From positions 128,001 through 192,000 of the forward strand of contig CAVTDB010000003.1 in NCBI GenBank assembly GCA_963733375.1: a stretch of 64,000 nucleotides of DNA, given 5' to 3'. The notes below the pieces were generated by a model. The model did not search any database. It was not told the DNA's origin and saw only the letters and a program-made list of their open reading frames with translations. The position numbers and the translations under genes are program-made. This document shows, in pieces, positions 63,131 to 64,000 of this stretch (position 1 is the stretch's first letter; every line of letters begins with the position of its first letter). This stretch comes from Nitrospirota bacterium (GTDB lineage Bacteria; Nitrospirota; JACRHJ01).

Positions 63131-63802
63131 CTAAACAAGCACCAAATCCTCAGCAGCGGCCTTTATAAGCTCCGGGGTAGTTTCCTTAATTCCGTTTACT
63201 TCTTTAAGGCCCGCTATATTTTTTAATAGCTGAGACAAAATGCGAAGATTTCCCCTTGAAGCTTTGTGTAAAAGCTTTGTCGTTTCGGAATCCAGTTCCG
63301 GTAAAGCTAACCGCATTTCCGAAAGGTCCAGGTTAGAAAAATCAGCCCGGAACTGTAACCTTGAGCTTAATTGGTCCAGGCGCTGTTTTCTTAACCGGCC
63401 CGTGAATTTCCTGGACCCGATGAAAAGGACCGGCGCGCCGCTTGCGTCGTGAAGGCCGCGAATCAGTTCCAAAACGTCTGTGCTTAGAAGGTCCACTTCA
63501 TCAACAATGGTTATACCGTGCTGCCATTTGTAATGCTTTAAGGCTTGTTCATACCGGGCCGAAAGTGTCCAGTCCCGGTATTGAACCATCTTGTCCAGGA
63601 GCGCATTTAAATACTCGCTCGGTGTCATTAAGTTATGCCCGGAGACGAAATAACACCGTGCATGGCCTTGTTCTGCATAAAGATTTGCAGCTGTGGTTTT
63701 GCCTGTCCCGGCAGAACCTATAACCAGCGCCATTGATTTGTTATCAATGACCCTCGCCGCGATCTCGCGGAATTTCCTTGTGTACGTCGTCTCCAAAACC
63801 AT
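63131..63802 (-). CDS. MuB-like AAA transposition ATPase
   Basis: GSAGTGKT, IVDEVD, LIRGLHD, QLSSR, GNLR. Confidence 0.88.
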   Translation of the reverse strand: MVLETTYTRKFREIAARVIDNKSMALVIGSAGTGKTTAANLYAEQGHARCYFVSGHNLMTPSEYLNALLDKMVQYRDWTLSARYEQALKHYKWQHGITIVDEVDLLSTDVLELIRGLHDASGAPVLFIGSRKFTGRLRKQRLDQLSSRLQFRADFSNLDLSEMRLALPELDSETTKLLHKASRGNLRILSQLLKNIAGLKEVNGIKETTPELIKAAAEDLVLV

Positions 63803-63822
63803 AAATCCTCCTTTTACGGTTC

Positions 63823-64000
63823 TTAAGAGTTTGCCGCCTTAGCCTCAGCGGCTTCCTTGTCTGCTACAAATCTATAAATATTGTTTTTCTTAACTTGCGG
63901 CGCGCGATCTTCCTCGTGTTTTGCTTTTACTGCCTTACGTTCTTTTTTCAGATGCATAGGGACGGTTACAAATCCAGGGACTATAACCGGATCGGAAGCC
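63823..64000 (-). CDS. C-terminus of an upstream ORF, probably the MuA-like transposase
   Basis: Open frame ...PMHLKKERKAVKAK...NIYRFVADKEAAEAKAANS-stop directly upstream of the ATPase; the identity is inferred from position only. Confidence 0.5.
   Translation of the reverse strand, partial: ASDPVIVPGFVTVPMHLKKERKAVKAKHEEDRAPQVKKNNIYRFVADKEAAEAKAANS

Larger units (their letters stand above)
59179..64000 (-). mobile_element. Compact Mu-like transposable element with head genes only (continues beyond the window)
   Basis: TGTAGCG terminus with three (t/g)tgtcag repeats at ~59197-59249; genes for ATPase, Mor, HTH, capsid, gpG and protease. Confidence 0.75.

Overview
A 64-kb, moderate-GC bacterial accessory region with almost no housekeeping genes. 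Many genes are split by single-base indels, most likely long-read consensus errors. Left to right: (1) a radical-SAM/SPASM RiPP-like locus with a PlpX (splicease)-like enzyme and a duplicated xYG/xYM precursor; (2) a ~28-kb mosaic (4.4-32.0 kb) punctuated by nine full or partial copies of a ~160-bp IS21-type miniature element, mostly at junctions between unrelated or truncated DNA. Its cargo includes an RCC1 protein, a GH19 lysin, IHF/HU, a flavodoxin and a defence-like block (SLATT, TIR-HEAT, a DUF4062-NACHT protein with ~22 Trp-rich 35-aa repeats, a fused R-M + S system with a DGQHR/NDT-like partner, a phosphoesterase-NTPase-TPR protein); (3) a three-gene Mu-type transposon and a tRNA-Val 3'-half att scar; (4) a secreted operon with a TPR-C39-RHS toxin, putative immunity protein, giant Ig/beta-helix protein, tail-fibre-like protein and FN3 protein; (5) a GH13 amylase, a papain protease with a chagasin inhibitor, and a BioF/CqsA-like enzyme with a membrane histidine kinase; (6) one end of a compact Mu-like element carrying only head genes (capsid, gpG, protease) between its transposition genes and its terminus, a candidate transposable phage satellite. 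All family assignments come from motif recognition by eye; no searches were run.
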